64,000 nucleotides of DNA from Eutreptiella sp. 'Long Island Sound 2002' (GCA_964036045.1 OZ038378.1:196168001-196232000); one strand, 5' to 3'; numbered from the stretch's first letter, positions 34,020 through 47,641 are shown. Notes: generated by a model not told the origin, from the letters alone. Numbers and translations are program-made.

Positions 34020-36439
34020 GTGTGCGGCTCGTCCTTCTCCTCCGCGGGGTGCCCACGCTGCAGCAATACAGGGGTGGGGTGGGGGTATTTCGGCAGAGGA
34101 AATTTCGGGGGGGGGTTTCGTTTTTCAGATTGGTGCCGAAATTTTCCCCCAGGAAATTTTCGCGCAATCCGGGCCATTTCTGGCTCCCTGCGTTGGCAGC
34201 TAACATTTGTCTCCAGTAGGGAGGTGCTGGTGCCCGTGTATTGCATGTCAGGATCGGTCTTTATGCTGGGCCGGACCCCAAAGTTTTTTCTTTCTGCATC
34301 CTGCGTATCCCAAAGAATGATTTTGTGTGCCCAGTGTGTATCCCAAAGTTTTTTTCATGTATCCGCTGTGTATCCCAAGGACCGTGGTCCCTGTGACTGC
34401 ACACAAGGCACCAAAATGTGGGGGTGCCGAAAATGTCCCCACCTGAACCCCCCCTCAGATACCGAGGCCTTGTGCCAACCCCCCCCCCCCCCCTCCATCT
34501 GGATGCGCCTGGTCAACACCACGGGCAACAGCCCGTCTCTGGGACAGCGGCCACGGAGCAGTCAAACAGGACAGCTCATCCAGGGGCTCTGTTGACACAA
34601 CCAAACCACGTTTGGACCCGCAGAGGGTCGGAATGTGCAGTGGTGAGAGGCCAATAGAGAAGGACCAGAAGCCCGTATACCTGGACCAAACAGTAAGAAA
34701 TTCGTAAGATCAGAAAAATGACTTCCAAATGATTTGGTAAATCTCAAGCAGGATTTCTTGTGCGAGGAATGCGGATCCATTGTACCCCAATAAACCACCG
34801 CCAGATAGGAGCCAGACAGAGTTTCTGAGAACGACCACAGTGTGCTGCGGTAACTCCTTCGAAACCCCAGAACACCTGGACATCCCCCCCCCCCCCCCAT
34901 ACACCAAGGCCCCCACACCTGACCGTAGCATAGAAGGTGAAACATGCGTTGACTGGGTTTGGAAGTGTCCAGACACCCCCCCCCCCCGTGTCCAGCGAAC
35001 AATAAAGTACCCAAATGATGCAGTCCGAACACCAAGTGTTCGTTGGACACACAGGTCAGTGTGCACATGACGTGAGGAGACTCGCATAACACCTCCGCAA
35101 GCACAAGATACCCAGCCTGTACAAAGCACAAAGAGGATGGAGGCTTCAAAGTAGCACTTTCAGGGTGGAAGCCCTTCTTGCAGTCCCTTTTCATCCTGAA
35201 AGGCTGAACATGCTCCCCCGGCTTGGTGGCACTGTTGACATGAGCAGAAGTGGCGTCAATGTCCTGCGCCGCCACCTTGGGGACGGACAGATTTGATGGG
35301 ATAGGGCATCATGGTGGGCAATAGACGTCCTATAGTTTAGGGTCACCAGTACCTTGCATCCTGTTTTTACAAATTTCACAAGCATCATTGCAAGACACAA
35401 CACACAGCCCCTCATTTCTCCAGTTGTCTGCCCTAACTCATGTACTCTGAAGCTCGGTACCTAGTTAACTTGGGTACCAAATTGATACCGGCCGAACACC
35501 AAGTGTTCGTTGGACAAGCCGTTCGCTGGACACGAGGGGGGGGGGGTATGTTCTTGTCAAGATGTCCGAGGCTGCCCCACTCACACCTTCAGACACAAGC
35601 CTGCCCTCACCCCACGCGCACTCCTGCGCTCACGGACAGGCTCACTCTCAGGCAGTCTCCACTGACTGACCTCCTCCAGCACTCCTCCCACAACCCGACA
35701 GGCACGTGGGTGGGTGCCTCTTGAGCTGAGCCCCCCCTCTCCCCTGCGGGGGTAGCTCAAGTGCTGTGGGTGGCTACCAAAAGTGGATGCTTCCCCTTCT
35801 CATTCTGCCCCCCCCCCCCCCCCCGCTGCCCCCCCGTTGCTCAGAAAAGCCCGTGTTCTCAGCTGTGCCCTGGGCCAGCACTGTGCCAGGCCTTTTCTGA
35901 GTGCCTCGCCTACCCTACCTCCCGGGGGGGGGGGGGGGGGGTGGCGTGCCTGGCTTTTTCAAAATGGTGGGTGCCTTTCTGATGGGAGTGTTGGGGGTGG
36001 GCCAAGAGTGGGTTGGTGGTTTTGAGGTAAGGGCTAAAATTTTTTCCCTTATATTTGCCTGTGTGTTGGTCAGTCGGTGACTCCTCCACTCGTGCTTTGC
36101 AGTGGCCCTGGCCAGGGCAAGTGCCGCTTGCATTCCCCAAGAGGCAGCCAACGGCGCCTGCCCCAGACCCGACAGCCTCCCCCCGGACGGAAGGGCCCGC
36201 GGATGTCGTGTCATGCGACGTGTTCGAGGCCCCAGTGCGCCCACACGAAGGCGTGTTTACGTATGCCTGCAGCTCCCGGCGCGGCAGTGTGCCGCTGGCC
36301 ACGGAGCTGCGGGGGAGCCAAGAGGGCGCTGTGGGAGCCCCCGGGGGCGTGACCATCAGCTATGCGGCACTGGCCCACTCAACAGGTCTACCACCCCCCC
36401 CCGCCCCGACGGTGTGCGGTGTTGATAGGGCGGGGGGGG

Positions 36440-36655
36440 GAGGTGCATTGGAAGGGAAGGGACCTCAGAGGAGGGCCCCAGAAGCGGTTAGACAGGCGGT
36501 TGGAGGAGGTTGCCAAAGCGGTTGGGGGCGGTTACTGTCGGTTACAAACGCCATTCAAGCTGGCACTTGGCGTCAGGGAGACAGTGACTGGGCATATCCT
36601 GGGCGCCCTGCGAGTGCGGGGGGGGGGTGCCTCCCCCGCTTGCAATGCATCCCTG
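36440..36655 (+). mobile_element. MITE family A
   Basis: Shared core, right TIR AATGCATCCCTG, poly-G flanks. Confidence 0.8.
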
Positions 36656-37329
36656 GGGGGGGGGGGGGGGTTCAAGAAAAAGTGTGTGGCAGATTGTTGT
36701 GGTCTATGCACACGTCTTCGATGGAATTGACGGATTAGATGATTGATGAAAGAAAGACAACGTGGGTTCATCATGGATGCACTGAAGACGAGTTACAGGG
36801 TAGCCCTCCCCCTCTTCGGGTCGAGTCTGCGACCTTCCCTTTCCCGATTGCGCACTCGTTACGGCTTTTGTAACTGCTGGTAGCTGCCGCAAACCGTTGT
36901 GCCAACTCCCCTTCAAGTGCCTGCCACATCGAATTGGGGTCCCTCCCCTTCGCGTATACCCGGGGTGAGTTGGGGTTGAATAGCCCTCGAGGCAGTAGGG
37001 TACCAAATGCTGTGGAGAACCTGCGTGCGTGTGCCTGCCGGATATTGCAAGTGTTGCAGTCAGCTGCGTATGTTGTGTGCATGTGTCTTACGTGTATTAT
37101 CTATGGTGCGCGCGTGCATACGTGCCGTGTGTGTGTGTGTGTGTGGGCGTGCGAGTGCAGTATTCCACACAGTGCCACTGGATGCTCGATGCCATACCGC
37201 AGAGTGCTGTATGCCGAACAGTGCACAGTGTCGCAGAGTGCTGGAGTGCTGTTTGTGGCACATTGCCACAGAGTGCGTCATTCCACACAGTGGCATGGAG
37301 AGTTGTGTTCCACATCGTATGTTTTGTGT

Positions 37330-37748
37330 CTGGAGAAGTCGGGTTTTCCAATTGGGGGGAAGGAGGGGGTCAATGGAGCCCCCCCCAAAATGGGATGGGG
37401 GTTCGGGCAAAGGGCTCAATTGACAGTACTATTAATCATTTATCATGAACTCTGGCGCCTAAGGCGCCGGACTTTTTTTTTGAGCATTAAAACTGGTCAA
37501 TTTTTTTCTCGAACTACATGGCACATGATTCGTTTTCTGAACCGCCTCAACGCGCTGCTTGCAAATTTTCCATTTCCTTTTTTTTTTTTTTTGCGGAATT
37601 CGGGTCACCTCCGGGGCCCGGGGGTCAGTCTCGGTAGGATTTTGTGGGGCCCGTCAATTGAGCCTTTTTGGGGGGGGGGTTGGGGGCGAGCCAGAGGGCT
37701 GTATCGACCCCCGCCCCCCCCCCACAGTTGAAAGCCCGCCCACCCCTG
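37330..37748 (+). mobile_element. MITE family C
   Basis: Shared core; right TIR GAAAGCCCGCCCACCCCTG. Confidence 0.8.
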
Positions 37749-38032
37749 TCCGTTGGTGCGCCTGTCTGTCTGCGTGCCCACGTGTCTGTGTCCTGGTCGA
37801 GCTGGTCTTGGGTCAGGATTTGTGAATGCTCACAGACCCCCGCATTCTTGCCTCAGCCGGTGGCTTTCAGTCAAGCGACAGCTCCCCCTCGGCGGCAGAC
37901 TTCCGGACCTTCTGGAGTCCCGACAGCAGACAACAGAGCACCGAGCAGCACAGTCTCCATCAAGTGCTGCATGCCTCCCTCCATGCGGCCTTCACACCCA
38001 TGTACCCGTGTCGGAGCCCCTCCGTATTTCAG

Positions 38033-38084
38033 CAGGACGAGACGGCCGTGGCCCTGGCGCAGCGCGCCGTGGCCAAACATCAAG
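38033..38084 (+). CDS. Gene 2 exon (QDETAVALAQRAVAKHQ)
   Basis: tttcag acceptor, strong G|GTACGT donor in phase 1 matching the 43945 exon. Confidence 0.7.
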
Positions 38085-38719
38085 GTACGTTGTCACGCAC
38101 CCCCCCCCCCCCCCACTTTGTCCAAGCAACACCCATTCTGACCTGAAACCTCATCTTTGCCGGCGCCTCATGGCGCCTTGCTGGACTGAATGAACAATGT
38201 GTGGGGGCGCCTGACGGCACCTTGCTGAACGATCTGGACAATGTGTGTTGCGGCTCCGCCGCGTGATACTTGAAGTACCGTAGGAATGCCCGAGTGATTC
38301 TGGAGGGTGCCGACCATCGTCGTTCTATGGCCAAGCAACACCCGGCGTTGGTGCGGTCAATTTTCGCACCGTGGATTTTGGCGGTGCATTTTTCAATTGG
38401 TCCCACTGTGTGCTACGTGTGCTGCGTGATACTTTGGTTTTGAGATGCAGGATGTTCCTATTTTATGTCAGGGCAGCTGATTGGGGCATGATGGCCTCTG
38501 TCGCATGTTTCGATTGGTTCTCAGAATAGTACACCATGTCTTTCCGCATGTACCATGCGCAGTGTAACGCGCAAGCAACGCCCTTGTCCAAGCAACACTG
38601 GGTGTTGGTTCCGTCAATTTCTGGTCATTTAATATTGCTGGGACAAGGGGGGGCGGTAGGTCCACACCTCGTTTCTCCTCTTATACCTGTTGAATTTTTC
38701 CGGCCTTGATACCCCTGAG

Positions 38720-39270
38720 CAGGGTGCGCCCCCCCATTCGGCGTGCCCCCATTGCGGGGCGGTGCATGAGGACGAGGTTCACGTCCTGTGGGACTGTCCA
38801 GAGTGGGAGCCGGCCCCGGAGACATGGAGCCCCTGGCTGCGGGATGCGGCGGCAGCCCTTCCCCAACTGGGGCCGCCCGACCAGTGGCCAGCCTGCATGT
38901 GGAGGGCAGGCCTCTTCCCCCTCCGGCTTGCGCAGGGGGTGGAATGGGCGCCCCTGGACGAGTTCCTGTACCGCCTATACGGCATGTACCTGGTGGTCCT
39001 CGCCGACTGCATGGCCACGGGCCGCGGGGATCTGGCGGGCCACGGGGATCTGGCGGGCCACGGGGACTCCTTGTTCCCGGACCAGCCGCGACCGCAGCCC
39101 CTTCCCCTGGGTCGCGCCGGGCTGCCAAGTCCTTGTCCCGCAAGACCGGCGCGCGGGGGTGGTGGCGCTGTCCTCCTGGCTCGGCCGGGCGCGCCCCACT
39201 TCCCAGACCCTCCCTGACGCGGGCCCCCAGCAGCCCGCCGGTGCGCGGCACCGCCCAAGACATTGCCCCC
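38720..39270 (+). mobile_element. 5'-truncated non-LTR retrotransposon (LINE) fragment, C-terminal zinc-binding region
   Basis: CPHCG...EDEVHVLWDCPEW matches the CCHC motif found downstream of the RT in LINEs; frameshifted afterwards. Confidence 0.7.
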
Positions 39271-41569
39271 CCCCCCCCCCCCTGGCCCTGGGGCCGGGGA
39301 GCCCCGGGCCCTTGAAGCGCCCCAAGCCTAACCTCATGACTGACCCGGGGAGGGCTGCGGGTGTAGGATCAGCACATTTGGGGAGGGTGGGGTGCTGACT
39401 CGTTCTCCCCCCCACCATCCACCGAAGACAACACGAGGCCGGCGCCTGAGAGCGCCCACCCGGTCACTAGCCCACCGAGGGCACTACCGGCGCCGGGACT
39501 CCCCCGCTTCCCTTGCCCCCTGCCCCGCAGAGCAACCACTGCCGCCTGCAGCTGAGCCCCTGGTGGCACTCCCCGATGTTTTTTGCCGCATTTTTGGTGG
39601 CCCTGAGCAGCCGCGCCGTGCCGTGGCGCCGATCCCCACCCTAGGGTCGCAGGCGGCTACAGCCGAAGGCCACCGCCAAAGGCCACCAGGTCCATAGCGG
39701 ACATGCTCTGCGCAGCCCCCCCCCCCCCCCCCCGGCACCGCGACCGGCGACGCGAGGGAGGGCCCCTTTGACCCCGTGGCGAATGCGCCTTCAGCGCCTT
39801 CGCCACTGCAGTCCACACAGCCGCAGCACGGTAGGGCGAGCACAGAAGAGACCTAGTCCCCTCTGGCACGTCCCTCCTGGCTGCCGTGCAGGCATAGGCG
39901 GGGGGCTTGTAGGGGAGGACACGGGCGCTTGAACTCGACTCGGCCCACCTCCCCGCCCCTCGACCTCTGTACATAAGCCAGTGGATGCTAAAAGATGAAT
40001 GCCCTCTTTATGAATTTTTCACCCTATTTTGGTGTTTGGACGGGGGCAAGGGGCTGGTGCACGACCTGCTACTGCAACTTTCCTTTGCAGCCCAAAAATG
40101 GAAATTTCAGAAACCTTTTTTTTTTTTTGATGTTTTGACCATTCACAATGATCGAATATCCATGTAAAGCATGTTTAAGACCCTCTTCATGTGTTTTCTC
40201 CCCTATTTGGGTATTTGGTCGGGGGCGGGGGTCTTCTAGATGACATCATGACTGACGGACTGATTGACTGACTGTGCTCCCTCCCTCTTCAGGGTGCCTA
40301 GCCGATAGGCAATAGAGTTTAATTTATTTTTTGCGCTATCTTTTTTTAAATTTGCGCAAAGTTTGACCCCAATTGTGCTACGAATTAAATGGGGTGTCTC
40401 ATCAGGTTGCATTCTGCCTAATTACTGTTTGTGGCACTCTTTGCTTCCTGTGTCATATCTTGTTCACTCTCCCATCATTTTTTCCATCTCTTCCCTCTGA
40501 GGAAGCAATTGAACAACGCCGGCGACACTTTGCGCAAGCTGATGTGGACTTGTTGCAGGGGGGGGGTGTGTGGTCCGCATTTTCCCGCATGTTCCGCATT
40601 TTTCCCCGCATTTTCTGGGCAGGTCCCTTAGTGTAATGTTCAAGAGGAAACATTCTAGTGGCATTGTGCACTCCAACTAAAGGATTGTCTTGTAGTCAGT
40701 TAGTTGTGAGGAACAATGGGTTTTGTGGGCGGCGGAGGCACCGGAGATTTTGTTTTGAGGCAGATGGCAGGGGGAAATTTTTTTGTTTGACCCTATGTGT
40801 CTATCCTCAAAATACTCAGAATTTTGTGGAGAATTCAAAAATGGATGAAAAACACAAAAAAGGATTTTGACCCCGACCCGACCTGTAGGTCGGACCTTGG
40901 CTGATGGGAGCCTGGGTTGATGGGCAAATTTTTTTGAAAAAATTTTCCCCCAGTTGTGTATATTCAAAATGATCAGCGCTTCATGGGGAACATTTTGAGG
41001 TACGTATGTTGGGGTATCCCCCCCCCCCCCCGTGGGGGGGCCCCTGGTGTCCCACGAATGCTTTGTCCAACGATCAGTTCCGTTTGGACCGTAATTTTCT
41101 GGGACCTAATGAATGAGGTACTGGGTTTACATACCGAATTAATTGATACCGAACGGCGTGTCCAACGAGCACAACGTAAGTTAAGTTAAGTGTTGGGAAG
41201 GTTGTTTTTGAGGACTGTTGTTGAGGATTGTTGTTCGCTGGACACGGGGGGGGGGGGTGCACACCCTGCTCAGTGGTATAAAGGCCAGAAACATCCAAAA
41301 GGGTGCCAATCAACCCCAACACCCAGAGGTACGATCCTGCAGCCCAGTGTGGCAAAGGTTTCGTCAATCTATCAATTCTTTGTGATTTAGTCATCCTTAG
41401 TGACCTGTTGACTGTTTGTTGTTTTGCTTTGACAACCGCCAGTTTTTTCGCCCGGACGACTCACTTTTTTTTGCCCAGGCAGTGAGCCATTGTCCGTACT
41501 TGGCAATGCAAAGATTTTTGTGAACGTTCTGAGGACCACACCGATTCAGTCCATGCACTGACCCGGGAA

Positions 41570-42070
41570 ACACAAAGAAACACTGCAGGTCATAAAGTGG
41601 AAAAGGCCCACCTGAACAAAAACAAAGTTGAACCAGACGCAAAGACAGAGTTTGCAATCCACCCAAAAGGCCCAGGCAAAGGTCAACCAGGGGCTTACGT
41701 AAAAGCTGAGCACGGCACGAAGAAACATTGTGGGCCATGCACTGGAAGAGGCCCGGCTGAATGCAAAAACGGCTGTATCAAAAGTAATCTGGTCCTATCC
41801 GTAGCGAAGGTCTGCGGTAGCCTTCAGACTATGAAATTTGAGAAAGCCGCTTTTTCTTTTTTACAAAATTCCCGACCAATTTTGACTCTTCGGTCGTACT
41901 CTGCACGGACTGCTCATCATTGTGAGCCATCATTGAGCCTACCCGCGGACTTGCCCACGCGGGGGCCCAAGCCGCCGCGGAATGAAGGAAGGAAGGAATG
42001 AATCATTGAGCGCAGCCGACAAAACTGTGGCGATCCGAATTTGCAAGCCTCTGAAGCCGCATTTTGATAA
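41570..42070. repeat. Decayed coding-like repeat homologous to about 55960-56270
   Basis: Shared AATTCCCGACCAATT...GGAATGAAGGAAGGAA...GCAGCCGACAAAACTGT. Confidence 0.7.
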
Positions 42071-42808
42071 CGCTCTGAGGACCACCCCGGTTCCGTTTAC
42101 GCACTTGACCGCATTCCCCCCCGTTTGCCACGCTGCAGAACGCGCCCGCATCTCCCGGGATGACTCCACGACAACCTTCAACGACCACTCCATGCCGCTG
42201 CCCTTTACGCATACGGACGTCGTATCGGAAGCAAGTGCCTGCATTGCTGAAGGAGGCGATGCCGTTGCTGCCGACAGTGCACCTGCGGCAGAGCTGCCTC
42301 CTTCCATCCCAAATGGTACGCACATCTTGAGGGTGTGCCGGGGCATGCGATCGAGGGCAGTAGCGTCACTGCGTGTGTGCCTTGTGTCCGGCTGCTTTGT
42401 TATGTTGTGGGGGGCAGTTGTCGGTGTGAATGATGAAGACTGATGAGGGTCGCACTGCAGCACTTGTCAGCACTTCGCAGGCCTGACCAGTTTCTGGCAC
42501 CCTACAACAGGGTCTGTGGCAAAACTTAACCGAAGTGTGAAGTTGCTGAGTAAAAAAAGAGGGGGCGTCGTAAAATGTGGTAAATGTTTTTTGAATTTTT
42601 GAAAATTTTTTGTCATCTTTCCCTGATTTCTGTTGAGTTTTACCACATTTTACCACTTTTTCCCTCGCCCGGTACTATTCTTATTACCAAACACCCCTTG
42701 CGGCACCCTGCTGCGGTTCCCCAATTGTGTGTGCAGGGCCGGGCCAAAGGCTCGACTCCTACAGCAATGGCGCAGGGCACCTGGTGCTGTCGCCTTAGCT
42801 GGCGTCGG

Positions 42809-42991
42809 CAAAGATGGAACGGCGGACAACCGTAGGAGGAGCCCCCCCCCCCCCCCCCCCCCTCCAGACCAAAGTGACCATCATGGGAAAAATGGACATT
42901 TACAAAAGGGAAAGTTGGGCCGTTTTTGGTACGCGAAATTTTGGGTCCCAGCCCCACCCCAACCCCCCTCCTCTCTGCTAACACATCCTTG
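42809..42991 (+). mobile_element. MITE family E-like (CAAAGATG...CATCCTTG), 7/8 TSD
   Basis: GGCGTCGG / GGCGTCGC flanks; core CAGACCAAAGTGACCATC shared with 18600-18793. Confidence 0.75.
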
Positions 42992-43529
42992 GGCGTCGCC
43001 CCATCCTTGATGCAGAAAGGCGCCTCGCCCCACATGACGCTCCACGTGCTTCACATGTTTGTGTAATTGTGTTATTGTTTAGCACTGGTGACCCAAGGCA
43101 TACGCCGGGATGTCTTGTGTTGGGGCTGTGGGATGTATGCGGAGAGGGGCTGTACGTGGGTGTGCGGGTGTTGGTGTGGGTGTTGCCATGGGTGTGAGTG
43201 CTGGTGTACGTGCGGAGGGCGCTTTGACCCGAAGGTGGCGGTACGCGAAGGCAAACGGTGGGGGCGGCTGTGTGGATGTGTGGAGGTATGGGTATTGCTG
43301 TGTGTGGGGGTATTGCTGCAGCCCCGATGTAATGGCGCCGGCCAACAGAGTGACCGCCCGCAGGCACTGCGCGGTCTCCTCCGCGGAAAGCGCATGGCAG
43401 ATCCCACTGAAGGTTCGGAGGTCGACCTCCAGCAGCGCATGGACGGTCAACATGGGCAGCTCCTTTGCGGTGGTGGAGAGCAACAGTGCCACGGCCCTGC
43501 AGAAGGGGACGCAGAGCAGCGGCGGATGT

Positions 43530-43735
43530 GTGGGAAGGCTAATCCTGCGGCGCCTGCAGCGCGGAATTGGGGTAATCATCGTGGAACAGGGGAAATGGTA
43601 CCATTTGTGAACCGTACATTTGAATGGCGCGGGGGGGGGGTGATCGCAACATTTGTGTCCGTTTTGAGTATTGTGCCGCGCCCTTGTGCCCGTTTGACCC
43701 ACTTCCTTTGCCCAAAACTGAGGAAAGCCAATACC
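43530..43735. repeat. Repeat family J, second copy at about 46930-47135
   Basis: About 150-bp near-identical core; terminal segment downstream here but inverted and upstream in the other copy. Confidence 0.8.
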
Positions 43736-43944
43736 CCACAGCCAATGACCCTTCCCCTGCGGTGCGCCTGCAGCACGCAGGGCACATCCCCTCCGGGTGT
43801 GCGTGTGGCGGTGTGGCGGTGGCTGTCGGTGGTGCTGCGGGGGTGTGGCGCTGGGCGTGTGCAGTTCTGCTCCGTCCGCAGGCCCTCCGCCCCAAATCTA
43901 CGCCCCCCCCCCCCTTTCCGCACATGTGCCCTCCCGCATCGCAG

Positions 43945-44069
43945 GCGTGCTGTTGTTGGAAACAGAGGCCGACGGGAGGCAGGCCGCGGGCACCGGCTAT
44001 GACCTGATGACGCCTGCGGCCGCGGATTCGGTGGGCCACGTCCTGACGGCGCAGGCCGAGCCCCGGCAG
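43945..44069 (+). CDS. Gene 2 exon (GVLLLETEADGRQAAGTGYDLMTP...AEPRQ)
   Basis: tcgcag acceptor phase 1, CAG|GTGTAT donor phase 0, high GC3. Confidence 0.7.
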
Positions 44070-45109
44070 GTGTATCCCACTGCAGCTCTGTCCTGAGTTC
44101 CAGGCCCAGTGTCTGGGGAGGGGAGGTCCCCCTCCCTCTACAAGGTGCCCACATACTCCACAAGGGCGGCGGCAGGAGGTGCCCGCCAGGAGGTGCCCGC
44201 CACGGGGGTGGCAACAGGGCCGTGACCAGCCAACCGCGCACGGGACAGTCCACGTCGTACGGAGATGTGAAATCCTCGTACGGGGGGGGGGGGGGGGCAG
44301 GGGTGGGAGAGGAGTGGGTCCACGAAAGGGGCACCCAGCAGCGCCAACAGACAGGGGGAGGAGCAACACAGACACACAGAACGCGGGAGCCACACCAGGA
44401 GGGACAAGGGCGAGCGCAGCAGACAAGGATGAGGGGCACAGCAAGGCAGGAGAGGCAAGCAGAACAGCGGGAACAGGGAGCCAGAATAGAGGGGATGGGA
44501 GAGCGTGCGCATGTGAGGCAGCGGCAACAAAGGGGATGGCCTGGCCAGCCAGCCCCGTCGCTACCGGGTGCCAGGACAACCCCTGCTCAACCGGCATCAG
44601 GTGGGGGGGTCTCCCGCAGCCCAGATGGGCTGTTTGCACAACAGGAGCGGGAGCCCATCAGGGGCAGACCAGCCGTGAGGGGGAAAAGGGCATATGGTGG
44701 ACGGCCGGGACAACGCGTGGAGGAACAGGGCACCTGGGCCTCACGCACACAGAACCACAGCGAGGCAGGCTATGGACGGCCTGTGGACAGAGGCGCATGG
44801 ACAGCAAAAACAGTCAAACGACCCCGGCAACAACCAGCACATCCTCAATACGCCAACTATTGGGCGCCGCTGACGCGCAAACGGCGCACCATGCCACATT
44901 CAGCACAGCCCCAACACACCAACTACTGGGCTCCGCGAACGGAAACGGTACCAACAAGAGCACCGGCCGCAGCGGCCGACAGAACGCAGCAACCCGACGC
45001 AACATGCGAAGGGAAGAACGGGTGATTGTCCAGGGCCCCGTAAAGGAACAACAACCAGACGGAATGTCACACAGGGGGGGTTCACCAGGGGCGGCGGGGG
45101 AGGGGGGGG

Positions 45110-45330
45110 GGGGATGCATTAGAAGGGCAGGCACCTCAGAGGAGGCCCCAGGAGTGATAAGACAGGCGGTTGGAGAAGGTTGCGAAAGCGGTTCGGGGAG
45201 GTTACTGTCGGTTGCAAATGCCGTTGAAGTTGGCACTTGGCGTCGGAGAAACAGTGGCTGGGCGTTGGCTGGGCGCCCTGGCGGGGGGGGTTGGGGGGTA
45301 CCCCCCACCCCCCCTTCCAATGCATCCCTG
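45110..45330 (+). mobile_element. MITE family A
   Basis: Shared core, right TIR CCAATGCATCCCTG. Confidence 0.8.
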
Positions 45331-46323
45331 GGGGCTGGGGGGGGGGCGACCCCTCGGGTCCTCGGACGCAGACCCCCCCCTCCCCCCCAGGGGGCCGCCG
45401 GTAGTGGCCTTTGGAGTCCATGGGCACCAGAGGCACCCACTTTGCTACCCCCCACCCGGGGGACTGGCGGACACTGGTGCCTGTGGAGCTTTGCGCACTG
45501 TCGGGTTGGCCGTGGGTTGGCGGTTAGCGACGGCCTGGCCGTCTGTGAACCGCCCATTGCCGTCGGCTGATCGCCCGCCGCCGTGAGTCAAGAACGGTTC
45601 CCTGTTCCATCACTTCCAGGTCTTTGCTTAGTGGCTGGTTGATACTGTGACGGGGGGGGGATTCCGTCTGGTTCTCCCCTGATTCTGGGAACAGTGCAGG
45701 TACCCCCATCCCCAAACGGGTGGGGGGGGGTGGTTGGCTCTTTTCGGTGGGTGGGTGGGTGGGTTGCTGAGCTTGGGAGACCGCCAACGTTGTCCATGGG
45801 CTGAGGCACATGATGGCACATGCGGGGGCTGCCACATTGTGCAGACTTGTTTTGCTTTACACTTTTGCCATGGCCACAAGAGAATGTGACTGTGGGATCA
45901 TCATCAGGGCTCATCCCAATGCAATGGGAGAGCTCAGGAGGCACCAGAAGCATTGCATTTTGCGAGAGTAAGAAGGGCAAGGAGAAGGCTGTCGATGGGC
46001 AACGTTGGCGGTAGACCAAGCTCTGTGACCCCCTCCCCCCCGAGTATCACTAAGCAACCCCCCCCCCCCCCCCGACCACTGGGGGTCTCCTGATGGCCTT
46101 TCTGCAGCTGATTGGGCCCCCCCAAAAAAAACCCCATACGCCCTGAAATGGGATGTTGGGGCCCCTGTCAATGGGCGTCCCTCTGCATGTTGCCTTCGAC
46201 ATGCAACCCGGATGCCCCCCCCCCCCCGTTATCGCATTTTTTGAAACCGCCCCCTCCACCCCCAACCCCGTGGGAGGACAACCAACCCCCCAATCTGCGC
46301 GTGGAGGACTCGCTCCTCAACAG

Positions 46324-46506
46324 GCGAACGTGTACGTACACCTGGAAGTACGCATCGCTATGCTCGTTCAGCTTTATGGCCAACCCCCCCCCCCCCCTTT
46401 CTACCCCCCCCCCCGTACCGTTAACTGTCGGCCGTTTCCATTGGACATCCGCGACCTACCGAGCCATGTGAGCAGTTCCACGATGGCCACCCAGACAGAG
46501 GCTTGG
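46324..46506 (+). CDS. Gene 2 candidate exon (...PLDIRDLPSHVSSSTMATQTEAW)
   Basis: TGG|GTCAGC donor in phase 0 fits 47188; acceptor uncertain because the frame crosses a poly-C tract. Confidence 0.35.
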
Positions 46507-46528
46507 GTCAGCTAAGGATGAGCATGCA

Positions 46529-46906
46529 CAGGGGAAGTCGGGTTTTCAAATGTTGGGGGGGGGGTCGATAGAGCCCCCCAAAACTGGGGGGGGGGGCGGG
46601 GTTCCGAGAACAGGGCTCCATTGACAGGACCATTGATCAGGTTCTAGAACTCTGGCGCCAAAGGCGCCGAAAATTTTTGAGCATTGAAAATGGCCAATTT
46701 TCTTTCACCAAATACATGGCAAATGAAGACTTTTCTGAACCCCCTTGACACGCTGATTCCAAAAACCCCATTTTCATTTTTTTTTGGGCCGAATTTCGGG
46801 TCCTGGTCACCTCCAGGGCCAGGGGGTCAGTCTGAGTAGGACTGGGGGGGGGAGAGGAGAGGGCTGTATCAACCCGCGCATGAAGCTGAACGCCTGCCCA
46901 CCCCAG
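46529..46906 (+). mobile_element. MITE family C
   Basis: Starts CAGGGGAAGTCGGGTTTTC; shared core. Confidence 0.75.
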
Positions 46907-47187
46907 GGGAACCCCAGGGGAAGTAGCACCGCATTAATTTTCCTCAGTTTTGGGCAAAGGAAGTGGGTCAAACGGGCAGGGCCGGGGGAAGGCGAATCCT
47001 GCGGCGCCTACGGCGCGGAATTGGGGTAATCATCGTGGAACAGGGGAAATGGTACCGTTTGTGAACCGTACATTTGAACTGCGGGGGAGGGGGTGATCGC
47101 AACATTTGTGTCCGTTTTGAGTATTGTGCCGCGCCATTGTGTTCCGAGGGCACACAGGACCTCCCTCCCTGTCCCCGGCCGCTGCAG

Positions 47188-47539
47188 GCGAGTCCCCGGG
47201 GCAGCATGTCTACCACTTCGTCGTGGCTGCTGTCGGACGAGCTGGGCACGGACACCCCCGCGGGCCTGGCCAGCAAAAGCTCCTCCCGCCAGTCCCCAAC
47301 CTCGTGGCTCCCCAGCGGGGGCTCATCGAGGCCCACGAGCGGCGGCCCGAGCCGGCGCCGCAGGCTCCGGCCGTCGACGGTGGTCCGGGTGGAGGAGGAG
47401 TCGGCGGACGCACTGCAGCCCGGCGAAGATGAAGAGGAGGACGGCATCGGTGCCGGGGACTCGAAGGGCGGGTCGCAGGCTTCGTCCAGGGCCAGCACGT
47501 TCATTGCGGGGCACTCGCTCGGGGCGTCCACCATCGTCG
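47188..47539 (+). CDS. Gene 2 exon, Ser-rich and acidic (ASPRGSMSTTSS...GASTIV)
   Basis: ctgcag acceptor, G|GTGTGT donor phase 1, very high GC3. Confidence 0.75.
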
Positions 47540-47641
47540 GTGTGTTTGCTGTGCAAGTTTGTGTGTGCGCGCGCGCGGACACATGGGGCTCACAGCCAAT
47601 GTCATTTGCGTCGCATCTTCTGGTGTTATCCTCTTTGCAGG

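Noticed and set aside
35894-35904. Second SL-like match TTTCTGAGTG
   Set aside because: Only 10 nt match, it diverges immediately, and no ORF follows.
41570-42070. Assignment of this repeat and its 55960-56270 homolog to a KDZ/CxC transposase
   Set aside because: Only vague motif resemblance across many stops; kept as an unassigned repeat.
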